From an uncultured bacterium (GTDB lineage Bacteria > Babelota > Babeliae > Babelales > Vermiphilaceae), in assembly GCA_963695335.1 (NCBI GenBank), contig OY968764.1:704001-768000 (forward strand): DNA of 64,000 bases, given 5' to 3'. Of this stretch, positions 8,728-19,282 are shown one piece after another. Made by a program: the position numbers and the translations under genes. Position 1 is the first letter of the stretch. Each line of letters opens with the position of its first letter. The notes beneath the pieces are model-generated. The model ran no database searches. It was not told the DNA's origin and saw only the letters and a list, made by a program, of their open reading frames with translations.

Positions 8728-9462
8728 CTATTGAGTAATCATCGCATTTATTGATTTTATCAAAGCTTCTTCATTACAACAGCCATTTGGTCCATGGCCA
8801 TATATGTTTTCTTGAGTTATAGTTTTTCCTGGGTGTGAGAGTGTTGGGTTTATCATGAGCATTACGTCTGGATTTTGTTCTTTATCAATATTATGAATTA
8901 TTTCATCCTCTGCACGGACTATTATTCTTTTAAGTTTGAATAGTTTAGCTTTTTTAAAATCATCAAAATTCCAGATAGTTAGTTCTTGAGGATCTTCTTT
9001 GTGTGTATTGTATGCATAGCAGACAAATTTTTCAGGTGTTTCATAGAATGGAGTCATGACATTTCTGAATTGCTCAAGGAAATCATTGCCCTGTAATTTT
9101 GGGTTTTGTGTGCAGCGTGCTGTAATTTTAAAATGATGATTATTGTTATTGGTGTGGTGTATTTCTATTAAAGGCTCTTTTGTCTCAGGTTTGAAAAGAT
9201 ATTTTGCTGCTATGTATGTACGAAATGGTTTGTTTGTTTCAATGTTTGTAATAGTGCATTGAATAACTGGATCTTTAATATCAGAAGGTAAGTTGCTGGG
9301 GGTGCGTGTAGCATGGAATTGTGGCATTGCGTATGCTACATGTTTTATGTGTTGAGAAATCATTAAGGTGTGCGTTGCTTCTTGTTTCATACCCATAATT
9401 GTACCGCTGCCTATGATGAGTGAGAAAATAAGGATATTGAGAAGTTCTGGGAGATTAGTCAT
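8728..9462 (-). CDS. Secreted hypothetical protein, HGPNG family paralog 3
   Basis: HTLMI, IAAKYLF, TKEPL and HGPNGCxNEEALIK shared with paralog 2. Confidence 0.75.
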   Translation of the reverse strand: MTNLPELLNILIFSLIIGSGTIMGMKQEATHTLMISQHIKHVAYAMPQFHATRTPSNLPSDIKDPVIQCTITNIETNKPFRTYIAAKYLFKPETKEPLIEIHHTNNNNHHFKITARCTQNPKLQGNDFLEQFRNVMTPFYETPEKFVCYAYNTHKEDPQELTIWNFDDFKKAKLFKLKRIIVRAEDEIIHNIDKEQNPDVMLMINPTLSHPGKTITQENIYGHGPNGCCNEEALIKSINAMITQ

Positions 9463-9549
9463 GTGGTCCTTTTGTAGGTTAATGATAATGATTGGGATTA
9501 TGGTAACAGCATGTTCATTTAATGCAAGGGATTTGTTATACTTGTTGGT

Positions 9550-10308
9550 ATGAAAAATAATACCGTTTTGCAGATTAATAACATTTCTGTCTCAGTAAAT
9601 GATAAACCCGTACTTTATGATATTAACTTGAATGTTGATTCTGGCGCTATTCATGCCATCATGGGGCCCAATGGGTCTGGCAAGAGTAGCTTAGCACACG
9701 CTTTAATGGGGTACCCGAGTTATACAATAACGTCAGGAAGCATCCTGTTAAACGATTCTGATCTGTCAATAGCGCACGTTCACGAACGTGCAAAGTCTGG
9801 ATTATTTCTCTCTTTTCAACATCCGTGTGAAATCCCTGGAGTATCTGTTGCTTCCTTTCTGAAGGAAGCGTTTATGGCAGTTACAGGAAAGCATATTTCA
9901 GTTGCTGATTTTCAACACCTATTACTACAATATTGTGAAAAACTATTAATTGCTCCTGCGTTTATCAGCAGAGGCCTTAATGATGGTTTTTCTGGTGGTG
10001 AAAAAAAGAAATTAGAGTTGTTACAGTTGCTAGTTTTGCAACCAAAAGTGGCAATTCTTGATGAGATAGATTCTGGCCTTGATATTGATGCCCTTAAAAT
10101 TGTTGCAGCTGGTATTGCATTAGCGCGTCAAGAAAACCCAGCAATGAGTATTATTTTGATCACTCATTATCAAAGAATTTTAGATTATATTACTCCTGAT
10201 TATGTACACGTTATATGCGATGGACGGATTGTTGCATCGGGCGACGCGCATGTTGCACAAGAATTAGAACAAAAGGGATATGATGGATTCAAACAAATTA
10301 ATCCCTAA
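9550..10308 (+). CDS. sufC: Fe-S assembly ATPase SufC
   Basis: GPNGSGKS, FQHPCEIPGV, GFSGGEKKK, LDEIDSGLDIDAL, ITHYQRIL. Confidence 0.95.
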   Translation: MKNNTVLQINNISVSVNDKPVLYDINLNVDSGAIHAIMGPNGSGKSSLAHALMGYPSYTITSGSILLNDSDLSIAHVHERAKSGLFLSFQHPCEIPGVSVASFLKEAFMAVTGKHISVADFQHLLLQYCEKLLIAPAFISRGLNDGFSGGEKKKLELLQLLVLQPKVAILDEIDSGLDIDALKIVAAGIALARQENPAMSIILITHYQRILDYITPDYVHVICDGRIVASGDAHVAQELEQKGYDGFKQINP

Positions 10309-11647
10309 TTATGTTTTTAAAAGTCCAAAGGGCTTGAATAAAGATATAGTCACAGAAATTTCGCGCAAAAAGAATGAACCAGCGTGGATGTTGGAATTCC
10401 GTCTTAAAGCATTAGAAATTTTTGAAAGCAAACCACTGCCAGAGTGGGGTGCAGATTTGTCTGATCTTGATCCAGAAGATATCTATTATTATATCAAGCC
10501 GATAGAAGAGCAGCATACTGAATGGTCTGATGTTCCTGACAAAATAAAACGCACGTTTGAAAAACTGGGCATTCCGCAAGCAGAACAAAAGTTTTTGGCG
10601 GGTGTTGGTGCGCAATTTGAATCAGAAGTTATTTACAAAAATTTGAAAAAAAAATGGGCGCAACAAGGTGTTATTTTTACTGATATGAGCACTGCGCTGC
10701 GTGATCATGAAGAGATTGTTAAAAAATATTTTTCTACCATAATTCCTGCGCATGATAACAAATTTGCTGCACTCAATTCTGCTGTATGGAGCGGTGGCAG
10801 TTTTGTATATGTGCCAGCTGGTGTACGTATTGATATGCCATTGCAAGCATATTTCCGTATTGATTCATCGCAAATGGGGCAGTTTGAGCGTACGCTGATT
10901 ATAGCAGAACCGGGCAGTTTTGTGGAATATGTTGAAGGGTGCAGCGCGCCAATTTATAAAAAAAATTCTTTGCATAGCGCTGTTGTTGAACTTATTGCAT
11001 TGCCTGGTGCACATATCAGATACACCACCATTCAAAATTGGTCACAAAATGTATACAACTTGGTGACCAAGCGTGCAATTGCATACAAAGATGCACGCGT
11101 TGAATGGGTTGATGGCAATTTTGGCAGCAAAGTTACGATGAAATATCCATGTATTGTTTTGGCTGAACCCGGTGCAAAAGGCTCCATTATTTCTCTTGCG
11201 GTAGCAGGTAAAGATCAGCATCAAGATTCTGGTGGTAAAATTATTCATTTGGCGCCGCATACAACTTCAAGCATTATTGCTAAATCATTGAGTAAAGAGG
11301 GTGGGCGATCAAGTTATCGTGGATTACTGAAAGTTATAAGATCGGCACATCACGTAAAATCAAAAGTGCAATGCGATGCGCTTATTTTTGATGATATATC
11401 TCGCACTGATACATATCCAACCATTGATATTCGTGAAGATCAGGTTGATATTGGGCATGAAGCTTCGGTAAGTAAAATAAGTGACGAGCAGTTGTTTTAT
11501 TTGCAATCGCGCGGGCTTAATGAACAATCTGCACGAGCATTAATTGTGAATGGATTTATTGATGCGTTTGTGCAACTGTTGCCCATGGAATATGCGGTGG
11601 AAATTAATCGATTGATTGCAATGGAAATGGAAAATTCAATTGGTTAG
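10280..11647 (+). CDS. sufB: Fe-S assembly protein SufB
   Basis: GQFERTLI, YVEGCSAP, LHSAVVE, YTTIQNW, VTMKYP, HEASVSKI. Confidence 0.96.
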   Translation: MMDSNKLIPNYVFKSPKGLNKDIVTEISRKKNEPAWMLEFRLKALEIFESKPLPEWGADLSDLDPEDIYYYIKPIEEQHTEWSDVPDKIKRTFEKLGIPQAEQKFLAGVGAQFESEVIYKNLKKKWAQQGVIFTDMSTALRDHEEIVKKYFSTIIPAHDNKFAALNSAVWSGGSFVYVPAGVRIDMPLQAYFRIDSSQMGQFERTLIIAEPGSFVEYVEGCSAPIYKKNSLHSAVVELIALPGAHIRYTTIQNWSQNVYNLVTKRAIAYKDARVEWVDGNFGSKVTMKYPCIVLAEPGAKGSIISLAVAGKDQHQDSGGKIIHLAPHTTSSIIAKSLSKEGGRSSYRGLLKVIRSAHHVKSKVQCDALIFDDISRTDTYPTIDIREDQVDIGHEASVSKISDEQLFYLQSRGLNEQSARALIVNGFIDAFVQLLPMEYAVEINRLIAMEMENSIG

Positions 11648-11651
11648 TAAT

Positions 11652-12266
11652 ATGCAAGAATATACTGTTGGTGAAAACCAGCATAAAAATTACTTTTTTT
11701 TAATTGAAACTGCAGGGAATCAGTATATTCGTTTGCATGTTGAACGTAATGCAAATCTTGTGGTAGAAATATTGATTGCATCCACAGCACATGTGCATCT
11801 TGAGTGCATATTATTAGGTGCTGGAGCGCACGTTTCTATTTCTGGTGCATATATTCTTGATGCAGCGCACAAAGTGCAGATTACAACGGTGCAGCATCAT
11901 CGCGCTGCGCACACTTCTAGTACTTTGATTATGAAAGGATTACTGCGCGACAGCGCACAAGCTCAGTATCATGGAACGGTGCGTATTGAAAAAGATGCGC
12001 AGGGCTCTTGTGCATCACAAGAAAATAAAAATATATTGTTGAGTAATCAGGCGCGTGCTGTATCGGTTCCAAATCTAGAAGTGTTGACGCATGATGTGCA
12101 ATGTGCACATGGCAGTGCGGTTGGCAGATTTGACGCAGAGCAGATGTTTTATGCGGCATCGCGTGGTATTGATGAAACAACTGCGCAACGTCTTTTGAGT
12201 CATGCTTTTGTAGCAAATTTGTTTACGGATGAGATGTTAAAAAATAAAGTGATTGAGTTGTTATGA
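11652..12266 (+). CDS. sufD: SufD-family protein (short; C-terminal beta-helix part)
   Basis: PNLEV..HDVQCAHGSAVG, FYAASRGI; lies between sufB and sufS. Confidence 0.85.
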   Translation: MQEYTVGENQHKNYFFLIETAGNQYIRLHVERNANLVVEILIASTAHVHLECILLGAGAHVSISGAYILDAAHKVQITTVQHHRAAHTSSTLIMKGLLRDSAQAQYHGTVRIEKDAQGSCASQENKNILLSNQARAVSVPNLEVLTHDVQCAHGSAVGRFDAEQMFYAASRGIDETTAQRLLSHAFVANLFTDEMLKNKVIELL

Positions 12267-13498
12267 ACACATTTAAAAAATTACGTGCTGATTTTCCCAT
12301 TCTCCAACAAAAAGTGAATGGCTATCCTCTTATTGCATGTGATAATGCTTCTACATCGCACAAGCCGCAATCAGTGATTGATGCAATGGTGCAATTCTAC
12401 ACAACAACAAATGCCAATATTTATCGTGGTATTCATCTTTTTGCAGAACAGGCTACACAACAGTATGAAAATGCGCGTAAAAAAGTGGCCAATTTTATTG
12501 GTGCAGATTCAGAAGAAGTTATTTTTACGCGCGGATGCACATCAAGTATTAACTTTGTTGCAGCAACATGGGCTGATCAAAATATTCAAGCGGGTGATGA
12601 AATTGTTGTAACAGAACTTGAACATCATGCAAATTTAATTCCCTGGCAACGTCTTGCGCAAAAAAAGAGTGCAGTTCTCAAGTTTATTCCTATTTTTCCT
12701 GATGGATCAGTTGATCTTTCTTGTCTTGATTCTATTATTACACACAAAACAAAGCTTGTTTCTGTGATTCATGTCTCCAATGCTGTTGGTACACATGTTG
12801 ATGTTGCAACAATCATTAGACGCGCTCATGCTGTTGGCGCTCGCGTATTAATTGATGCTGCGCAATCAGCACCACATCAAAAAATTAATGTTCATGAACT
12901 TGATTGTGATTTTTTGGTATTTTCAGGGCACAAACTATTAGGTCCAACGGGCATTGGTGTTTTGTATATTAAAAAAGAGTTGCACGATGAAGTTCCTCCG
13001 TATGAAGTTGGTGGCGGCATGGTTGCAAATGTTGATTGCACACATGCAACATGGGCAGCAGCGCCACAAAAATTTGAAGCTGGAACTCCGCCAATAGCGC
13101 AAGCAATTGGGTTAGGTGCAGCAGTTGATTATCTGCAAGTACATATCAAATTTGATGAGCTTATTGCGTATGAAGCGCAACTGTGTACTCGTTTGATTGA
13201 TGGTCTTTCAGAAATTGCGGGTGTTAGAATTTTAGGGCCTATATCAGAACTCAAAGAAAAAGGGCACGTGGTGAGTTTTCTTGTTGAGGGTTACCACAGC
13301 CATGATGTGGCAGCATTTTTAGATTCTCGTGGCATCTCTGTTCGCGCTGGACACCACTGCGCACAACCCTTTGCCAAGAAGTTGGGGTATGATGCTTCCG
13401 TGCGTGTCAGTTTTTATTTTTATAACACTCTCGAAGAAGTTGACGCTATCATTGTGGCGATGCGGGAATTGGTTTCATCTAATCCTGCAATTTTGTAA
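12263..13498 (+). CDS. sufS: Cysteine desulfurase SufS
   Basis: DNASTSHKP, EHHAN, SGHK, FEAGTP, RAGHHCAQP. Confidence 0.96.
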   Translation: MNTFKKLRADFPILQQKVNGYPLIACDNASTSHKPQSVIDAMVQFYTTTNANIYRGIHLFAEQATQQYENARKKVANFIGADSEEVIFTRGCTSSINFVAATWADQNIQAGDEIVVTELEHHANLIPWQRLAQKKSAVLKFIPIFPDGSVDLSCLDSIITHKTKLVSVIHVSNAVGTHVDVATIIRRAHAVGARVLIDAAQSAPHQKINVHELDCDFLVFSGHKLLGPTGIGVLYIKKELHDEVPPYEVGGGMVANVDCTHATWAAAPQKFEAGTPPIAQAIGLGAAVDYLQVHIKFDELIAYEAQLCTRLIDGLSEIAGVRILGPISELKEKGHVVSFLVEGYHSHDVAAFLDSRGISVRAGHHCAQPFAKKLGYDASVRVSFYFYNTLEEVDAIIVAMRELVSSNPAIL

Positions 13499-13566
13499 GA
13501 AATATATTATTATTTTACTCGTGTAGATGTAATATATTTTTTTTGTGCTTTATAGGGAGTGCTTGC

Positions 13567-14850
13567 ATGCAACAAAATAAATTATTCTTTTTTCTACTTT
13601 TCTTCTTTTTTCACATCTCATGTATGGTTGAGTTTCAATTAATTCCCGTTGAAGCTATGGCTACTCTTATGAGCCATTTGGATTACAAATCAAATGTGCA
13701 ATTAACACGAGTGTGTAAAATATTGCATAATTCTTATAAGCAAAAAAATGAGATTTTATTCACTGATCATTATTTACATCCAACTGATTACATGAATGCA
13801 ATGATTCATTTTTCTCGCAGAAATGACATAAAAAAGGTGAAGCTTTTGATTCGGCATGAGGGAGAGGTTAATAACAATAATAGACTAGATATAGTCTGTT
13901 TTTTTTGGCCTAATAAAGCAACAATATATGAAGATGCTATTGATGTGTATAAAAGAGGATATAATAAAGACAGCATTTTAGATGTTAGAAAGTTAATAAA
14001 AGAACCACCAGTTCTTGAGTTAGTCCTTAAGCAAGGGTATCGGAATTTTAATTATTGTGATGAAGAAGGTGATACTCCTTTACATCGCGTTGTTGATGTT
14101 GGCGATATTGATGCTTGTACAATTTTATTATCACTCGGTGATTTGGTTGATCCTAATATTCAAAATCAAAAAGGTAATACCCCACTTCATTATGCTACTG
14201 TACCCTGTTTTCTTGTGCCTCATAGATATAAGATAGTAAGGCTTTTACTTGATGATGCACGAGTTGATCCCAATCTTAAAAATAATGATGGTTATGCGCC
14301 GTTACATGTAGTTGTGGATCTTTTTTCTTATGTAAATAACCAGGGATCTGAAGCATTAACCTGGTTGCTTGCTGATTCACGAGTTGACCCTAATATTCAA
14401 AGTAACGAAGGTGATACGCTCTTACATATTGTGGCTAATTGTATATGTGTTACAAGCGCTGACAATAGAATCAAAATGTTAAACCATGTATTATCTGATC
14501 CGCGGGTTAAGCCTAACATTCAAAATAATCATGGGAATACGCCTTTATATTCTTCGGTTATATTGAGTAATGTGCAAGTGTTCAAATGCTTACTTGCTGA
14601 TCTACGAGTTGATTGTAATAGTAAAAATAACAGAGGTAACACAGTGTATGATATTGCATTCAACCCAGAGATTAGGCAACTTTTAGCTCCACGTGTGTCT
14701 TTTTTTAATAAAAATAAAAAGGCTATGATGAGATTGGCGCCTCAAATCATAATAATTGGATCATTGATAGGGATTGCTGTTGATGAAGTTTTTTTTGCTG
14801 GGCGCACTTTTGGAGTATGTGATAAGATTGCAAATATGTTGGGACATTAA
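13567..14850 (+). CDS. Secreted F-box-like plus ankyrin-repeat protein with C-terminal hydrophobic anchor
   Basis: LIPVEAMATLMSHLDYKSNVQLTRVCK; repeated DPN..N..G.TPLH units. Confidence 0.8.
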   Translation: MQQNKLFFFLLFFFFHISCMVEFQLIPVEAMATLMSHLDYKSNVQLTRVCKILHNSYKQKNEILFTDHYLHPTDYMNAMIHFSRRNDIKKVKLLIRHEGEVNNNNRLDIVCFFWPNKATIYEDAIDVYKRGYNKDSILDVRKLIKEPPVLELVLKQGYRNFNYCDEEGDTPLHRVVDVGDIDACTILLSLGDLVDPNIQNQKGNTPLHYATVPCFLVPHRYKIVRLLLDDARVDPNLKNNDGYAPLHVVVDLFSYVNNQGSEALTWLLADSRVDPNIQSNEGDTLLHIVANCICVTSADNRIKMLNHVLSDPRVKPNIQNNHGNTPLYSSVILSNVQVFKCLLADLRVDCNSKNNRGNTVYDIAFNPEIRQLLAPRVSFFNKNKKAMMRLAPQIIIIGSLIGIAVDEVFFAGRTFGVCDKIANMLGH

Positions 14851-15686
14851 ATTCTAACCCCACATTTTTTTAATTTGTTTGCAAGATGCGAGGGTTTATC
14901 ACACACAATTGCTTGCATCCCCATTGTTTTTGCAGTTGCAGCAGCTTCTTCTTGATCTTCAATAACAATGCAGTTGGCAGGATTAAGATTATGAGTTTCC
15001 ATGAGATGTGTTAAAATAGCTTCACCTGGTTTTATTTTTTTGATATGTGATGAAATAACAATGCCATCAAATTGACTTATAAGTTCAGGAAATTTTTGTT
15101 GTGATGTTGCGTATAGCTCTTCTGGTGCATTAGCACAACAATACACAGGGTGTCCGGCATCTTTTAATTTTTGAATCAGTTGTGTAGTTGATTTTACAGG
15201 TTCAATCATAACCGTAACAGTTTGTGGATCAAGCACAAGATCCATAATATCTTTCATCAGTTCTTTCTCTTTAACGCTACTGAAAAATTTTTGTTCATCA
15301 AGCATTTGCATACCTTGAGCAATTTCTTCTCGTGCTTGCGCGCATGTTTTTTTACCTTCTTGCAGTTCAACAAGGCAGCGGGGCATAGTGCGTTTTTGCA
15401 GTGTAAGAACAACGTGTGGTTTGTGCAGTTCATGTTTGCTCATTTCATCAAGCATATCAAGACAGCGATGACCTGGGTTTTTCCAATGAGTTATGGCATA
15501 GCTTGCTAAAGTTCCATAACCTATTTTTTTTGCAAAACCTATCTGGTTTTCTTTAATAACAACATTAGTCAGATCAAAAATAATAACATGTTTTGGAGAT
15601 GTGCTAGGGTTACTTGTTTTTTTTGCAGACATTGATTGTGTTAAGATGAGTAGAAATGAAATGTTTATACATTGAAATATTTTCAT
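14847..15686 (-). CDS. HAD-superfamily hydrolase with signal peptide
   Basis: IIFDLTNV, FDGIVIS...KP, IVIED. Confidence 0.75.
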   Translation of the reverse strand: MKIFQCINISFLLILTQSMSAKKTSNPSTSPKHVIIFDLTNVVIKENQIGFAKKIGYGTLASYAITHWKNPGHRCLDMLDEMSKHELHKPHVVLTLQKRTMPRCLVELQEGKKTCAQAREEIAQGMQMLDEQKFFSSVKEKELMKDIMDLVLDPQTVTVMIEPVKSTTQLIQKLKDAGHPVYCCANAPEELYATSQQKFPELISQFDGIVISSHIKKIKPGEAILTHLMETHNLNPANCIVIEDQEEAAATAKTMGMQAIVCDKPSHLANKLKKCGVRI

Positions 15687-15857
15687 GTCTTCCCCTTTAA
15701 TTTTAAAGTATGTTCTGAGCGTAAATAATTTTGTTTTCTCTATGCAAGTGATTACTGAAATGTTTGCGAATTAGTAACTATTTTGTACAATAAAGTATTA
15801 TATTAGTTAATCATGCAGATAGAAATTTTATAGCAGTAGCGTTATAGGGAATTTTTT

Positions 15858-17108
15858 ATGAATATAATACGTAATATTCGTTTTTTTATTTTGATAACTT
15901 TGTGCTTGAATTCCCTGAATGCATTAGCCAATGAATATAGACCACGTCCTTATTCTGTTCCACAGTATAATAAAGCTCATAGTAGAGCTTTTTTTGCGTT
16001 TTCACCATTACTGTTTATTGGAAAATTTGCAGACGGGCTTTCTCATAATGTAGGAAAAATTTTTGAAAATATTGATCTTTCTTCTGGGGCACATATCATT
16101 CAAGAACATAGAGTAATGTTGAGTGCTGCAGGGGCTGTAATTGTATTATCTTTTTTAGTTAAGCAACTACAGAAATCAGAGATGTGTGGAACATGGTTGG
16201 GTGAAAAATATACGGAAATAAGTACATCAGTTAGTGATTGTGCAAAGCCTCATATTAAAAAAATATGTCCAAAACCTGTTCGGTATTCTATAAAACTATT
16301 AATGCAATTTTTTTGTAATGTGATTAAAAGATATATCGCGATGAACCAAGGAACTATTGTGTATTCTGCAACAGCTCCTGTTGCGGGAAAGTTGCTTGAC
16401 AATGTAATTGGTTGTCCCATTCCCTTGTTAAGTTGGACATCAGTTGGATGGATAACAAGTGGAGTTGTGATTACTAAAGCGTATTTTGATTCAAGTTTTG
16501 AGAAAGTTAATGAAAGATTTGATGGTATTGAAACTGAAATGAAACAAGTTAGTGAAAAGAACATAGCACAACACACTGCTACTCAAGAAAAAATAGGAGT
16601 AGTGCAAACCACAATTAATACAATGGGACAAAGTATTACTCAGTTATTTAATAAAATACAGAATTTAAAGACAGGCGTTGGACAAGTTAAAGAGCAAGTA
16701 GGTAGTGTGCTGAAAGAGTTAGTGGGAATAAAAGACCAAGTAAATTTATTACATGACAAGATTGATACGCAAGATAAAAAGACTGTTGAGCAATATGAAA
16801 AATTAACAAAACGAATGGAAACGTTAGAAAAACTTCTATATCAAAAAGCAGAACGTGATGAAACTTTGAGGTTAGAATTGCAAGGATTTAAAGAGACTTA
16901 TCAAAAAGATCACGTAGCTTTACGGAAAGATTTGAGTGAAACTTCTACTCATATAAGTCGGCAAATTACTGGTGTTCAAAAAGAAGTTCAAGAAGGATTT
17001 TCTTCACAGTCTAAGTTGTTGTGTCAACCAGGTGGTGACCATAGTAAAGATGTGCATATACACATGTTGCAGTTGCAATTAGATCAGAGATCTGCAAACA
17101 ACAGTTAA
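15858..17108 (+). CDS. Hypothetical membrane protein with long C-terminal coiled coil
   Basis: Signal peptide, hydrophobic segments, heptad-rich C-terminal half. Confidence 0.7.
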   Translation: MNIIRNIRFFILITLCLNSLNALANEYRPRPYSVPQYNKAHSRAFFAFSPLLFIGKFADGLSHNVGKIFENIDLSSGAHIIQEHRVMLSAAGAVIVLSFLVKQLQKSEMCGTWLGEKYTEISTSVSDCAKPHIKKICPKPVRYSIKLLMQFFCNVIKRYIAMNQGTIVYSATAPVAGKLLDNVIGCPIPLLSWTSVGWITSGVVITKAYFDSSFEKVNERFDGIETEMKQVSEKNIAQHTATQEKIGVVQTTINTMGQSITQLFNKIQNLKTGVGQVKEQVGSVLKELVGIKDQVNLLHDKIDTQDKKTVEQYEKLTKRMETLEKLLYQKAERDETLRLELQGFKETYQKDHVALRKDLSETSTHISRQITGVQKEVQEGFSSQSKLLCQPGGDHSKDVHIHMLQLQLDQRSANNS

Positions 17109-17175
17109 TTCTTTTTCAATAATCGTGTATTGTATGTATTATTTTTACATTGAAAAAAGATTATGAGGAGGTTGT

Positions 17176-17871
17176 ATGAATGGTAGTATAAAAAAAGCAT
17201 TATTGATCTGCTTTGTGATAGGAATAATAGTCGGACTTGTGTGGTATTTTGGTTTGCATGAATATTTTTCACTTGCATCATTACAAAGTAACAGAGTTTA
17301 TTTGGAAGAGGCAGTAAAAACGAATTACGTTCAAGCAGTTCTTATTTTTATGGCTATTTATGCAGCCGTTATCTCTCTTGGTATGCCAGGAGTGCCACCT
17401 TTGACTATGTTGGGTGGTTTTTTATTTGGGTTCTTACCATGTATTGTTTTTGCCAGTATTAGTTCAACAGTGGGAACAACAATATCTTTTCTGGTGATTC
17501 GTTATGTGCTGGGGAATTTGATCAGAGGGAAATACGCACAAAAGCTTGATCGGTTTAATGAAAAAATAGCGTCGCATGGAACCGCGAGTTATTTATTAAC
17601 GATGCAATTAATGGGGGTTATCCCTTATTTTGTTATCAACGTTTTGGCTGCACTAACCAATGTTTCTATAACAACATTCATGTGGACAACATGTGTTGGA
17701 TCGTTGCCTATTTTGGGTATTTACGCTTTTGCTGGAGGGCAGTTGTATTCAGTTGAATCAGTTAAAGATATTTTTTCACCATCAATTATAGCTTTGTTAG
17801 TTGTACTGATATTGGTTTCATTGATGCCGCTATTATTGAGATTTTCTCGTCGAGTAACTGATTTAGAATGA
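17176..17871 (+). CDS. TVP38/TMEM64 (DedA/VTT) membrane protein
   Basis: PG..LT.LGGFLFG, G.TISFLVIRY, IPYFVIN. Confidence 0.85.
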   Translation: MNGSIKKALLICFVIGIIVGLVWYFGLHEYFSLASLQSNRVYLEEAVKTNYVQAVLIFMAIYAAVISLGMPGVPPLTMLGGFLFGFLPCIVFASISSTVGTTISFLVIRYVLGNLIRGKYAQKLDRFNEKIASHGTASYLLTMQLMGVIPYFVINVLAALTNVSITTFMWTTCVGSLPILGIYAFAGGQLYSVESVKDIFSPSIIALLVVLILVSLMPLLLRFSRRVTDLE

Positions 17872-18695
17872 GCTAGTCTAATATTTGCAATAAGTTTTTT
17901 AAAGCATGATTCATGCATAACAGCGTTGATGCCCAACTGTTGAGCTGCTGCTATGTTTTCTTTTTGATCATCAATAAACCAACAATCTTGTGGATCTAAT
18001 TTGTATTGAGTTAATAAAGCTTCATATATTGTGTTGTGTGGTTTATTCGCTTTGATATGACCGGAGATGATAATTCCATCAAAAAGATCAAATAATTGCG
18101 GATGTTTTTTTTGAAGTAATACAAAAGATTCGGCATCCCAGTTGGAAAGGGCATATACTTTATGTCCTTCTTTTTTACATTTTTTTATAAAAGCAATTCC
18201 CGCAGCCGATATTTTACGAGAATTAATAAAATGTTCGGGAGTAAAAATCATCAGCAACAGATTTTCAACAAGACGTTGTTCGGCTGAACACTTAAACCAT
18301 TCTGGATGTGCAGTAATGCTATTATCTATCAGTGTTCGGATTTCTGAACTTGTCATAATGCCTTGGAGCCATGCGCACATAAGGAGGGGTAACTGATCAC
18401 CTTTTTCATCATAGGTAAGATGAATATTTGTATTGTTGAGATTATGCGTTTGGGCTATAGCGTTGAGCGTTGCAAAGAGGGCTTTTTTGATATGATAATC
18501 AAGATTTAAAGGATTTATTCTGTGTCTGACGCTATAGGTGGCAAGGTTCATCATTCCTAAATGCTGAAACGATACACGTTTATCTGTTTCAATAAGCACT
18601 CCGCCAAGATCAAAAATAAAGATCTTTGCTGACGTAGATGAGTAGCAAAGGGTCAAATACATAAAGAGTTGGTATAAAGATTGGCGAATGTTCAT
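17721..18695 (-). CDS. HAD-superfamily hydrolase with signal peptide (paralog of 14847)
   Basis: FIFDLGGV, YALSNW, FDGIIISG...KP, FIDD..ENI.AA. Confidence 0.85.
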   Translation of the reverse strand: MNIRQSLYQLFMYLTLCYSSTSAKIFIFDLGGVLIETDKRVSFQHLGMMNLATYSVRHRINPLNLDYHIKKALFATLNAIAQTHNLNNTNIHLTYDEKGDQLPLLMCAWLQGIMTSSEIRTLIDNSITAHPEWFKCSAEQRLVENLLLMIFTPEHFINSRKISAAGIAFIKKCKKEGHKVYALSNWDAESFVLLQKKHPQLFDLFDGIIISGHIKANKPHNTIYEALLTQYKLDPQDCWFIDDQKENIAAAQQLGINAVMHESCFKKLIANIRLAHSKSVTRRENLNNSGINETNISTTNKAIIDGEKISLTDSTEYNCPPAKA

Positions 18696-18782
18696 TGGTT
18701 TTCCCTTTAAAAAAGCTTCTTTTTACTCTTTTAGTATACCACAAATTAATACAGGTAGTAAAGATGGGTTGTGGTAAATAAT

Positions 18783-18819
18783 AAAAACGTCCGATTGTGG
18801 TGAACAACCGGACGTTTTT
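18783..18819. terminator. Intrinsic terminator
   Basis: aaaaacgtccg...cggacgttttt. Confidence 0.7.
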
Positions 18820-18840
18820 ATGTTCAAAAAGTTGGTTGAG

Positions 18841-19248
18841 TTATTTTGATGATGCGTTTATCCATTCAATCTGTGTATACCATCCATAACCGCCAAAGCG
18901 TGGGTAGATCATAATAATGGCATCTGCATCAGGGTGGTAGATTTGTTCTTGTTTAATTTGATTATATGTGTTTGAAATGTCGTAATAGCTACCACCAATA
19001 GTACTTATAGAAAGAAAGTGTTGTGACGGGTTTATTATATTATATGCTGATGCTTGACGAGCAATTTCCATACTAGCTCCATTGCCAAGAATTGTTGGTT
19101 TTAAATGGTGGGCATTCTGAGCAGGCGCTTCTACGTATTGTATTTTTTGTCCATAATTATTTTGTATGAATACTCTTGCCAAGACTGAAGATGTGCTGAT
19201 CCAGCTGAGTACAATCGTCCCTAAAAGATTGATATATAATTTTTTCAT
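18841..19248 (-). CDS. Secreted hypothetical protein (paralog of the N-terminal domain of 19283)
   Basis: NNYG, LGN, DA.I.I.P, W...I.W pattern shared. Confidence 0.7.
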   Translation of the reverse strand: MKKLYINLLGTIVLSWISTSSVLARVFIQNNYGQKIQYVEAPAQNAHHLKPTILGNGASMEIARQASAYNIINPSQHFLSISTIGGSYYDISNTYNQIKQEQIYHPDADAIIMIYPRFGGYGWYTQIEWINASSK

Positions 19249-19282
19249 CAGATTTCCTTTTTTTTATAATGACAACTATTTC

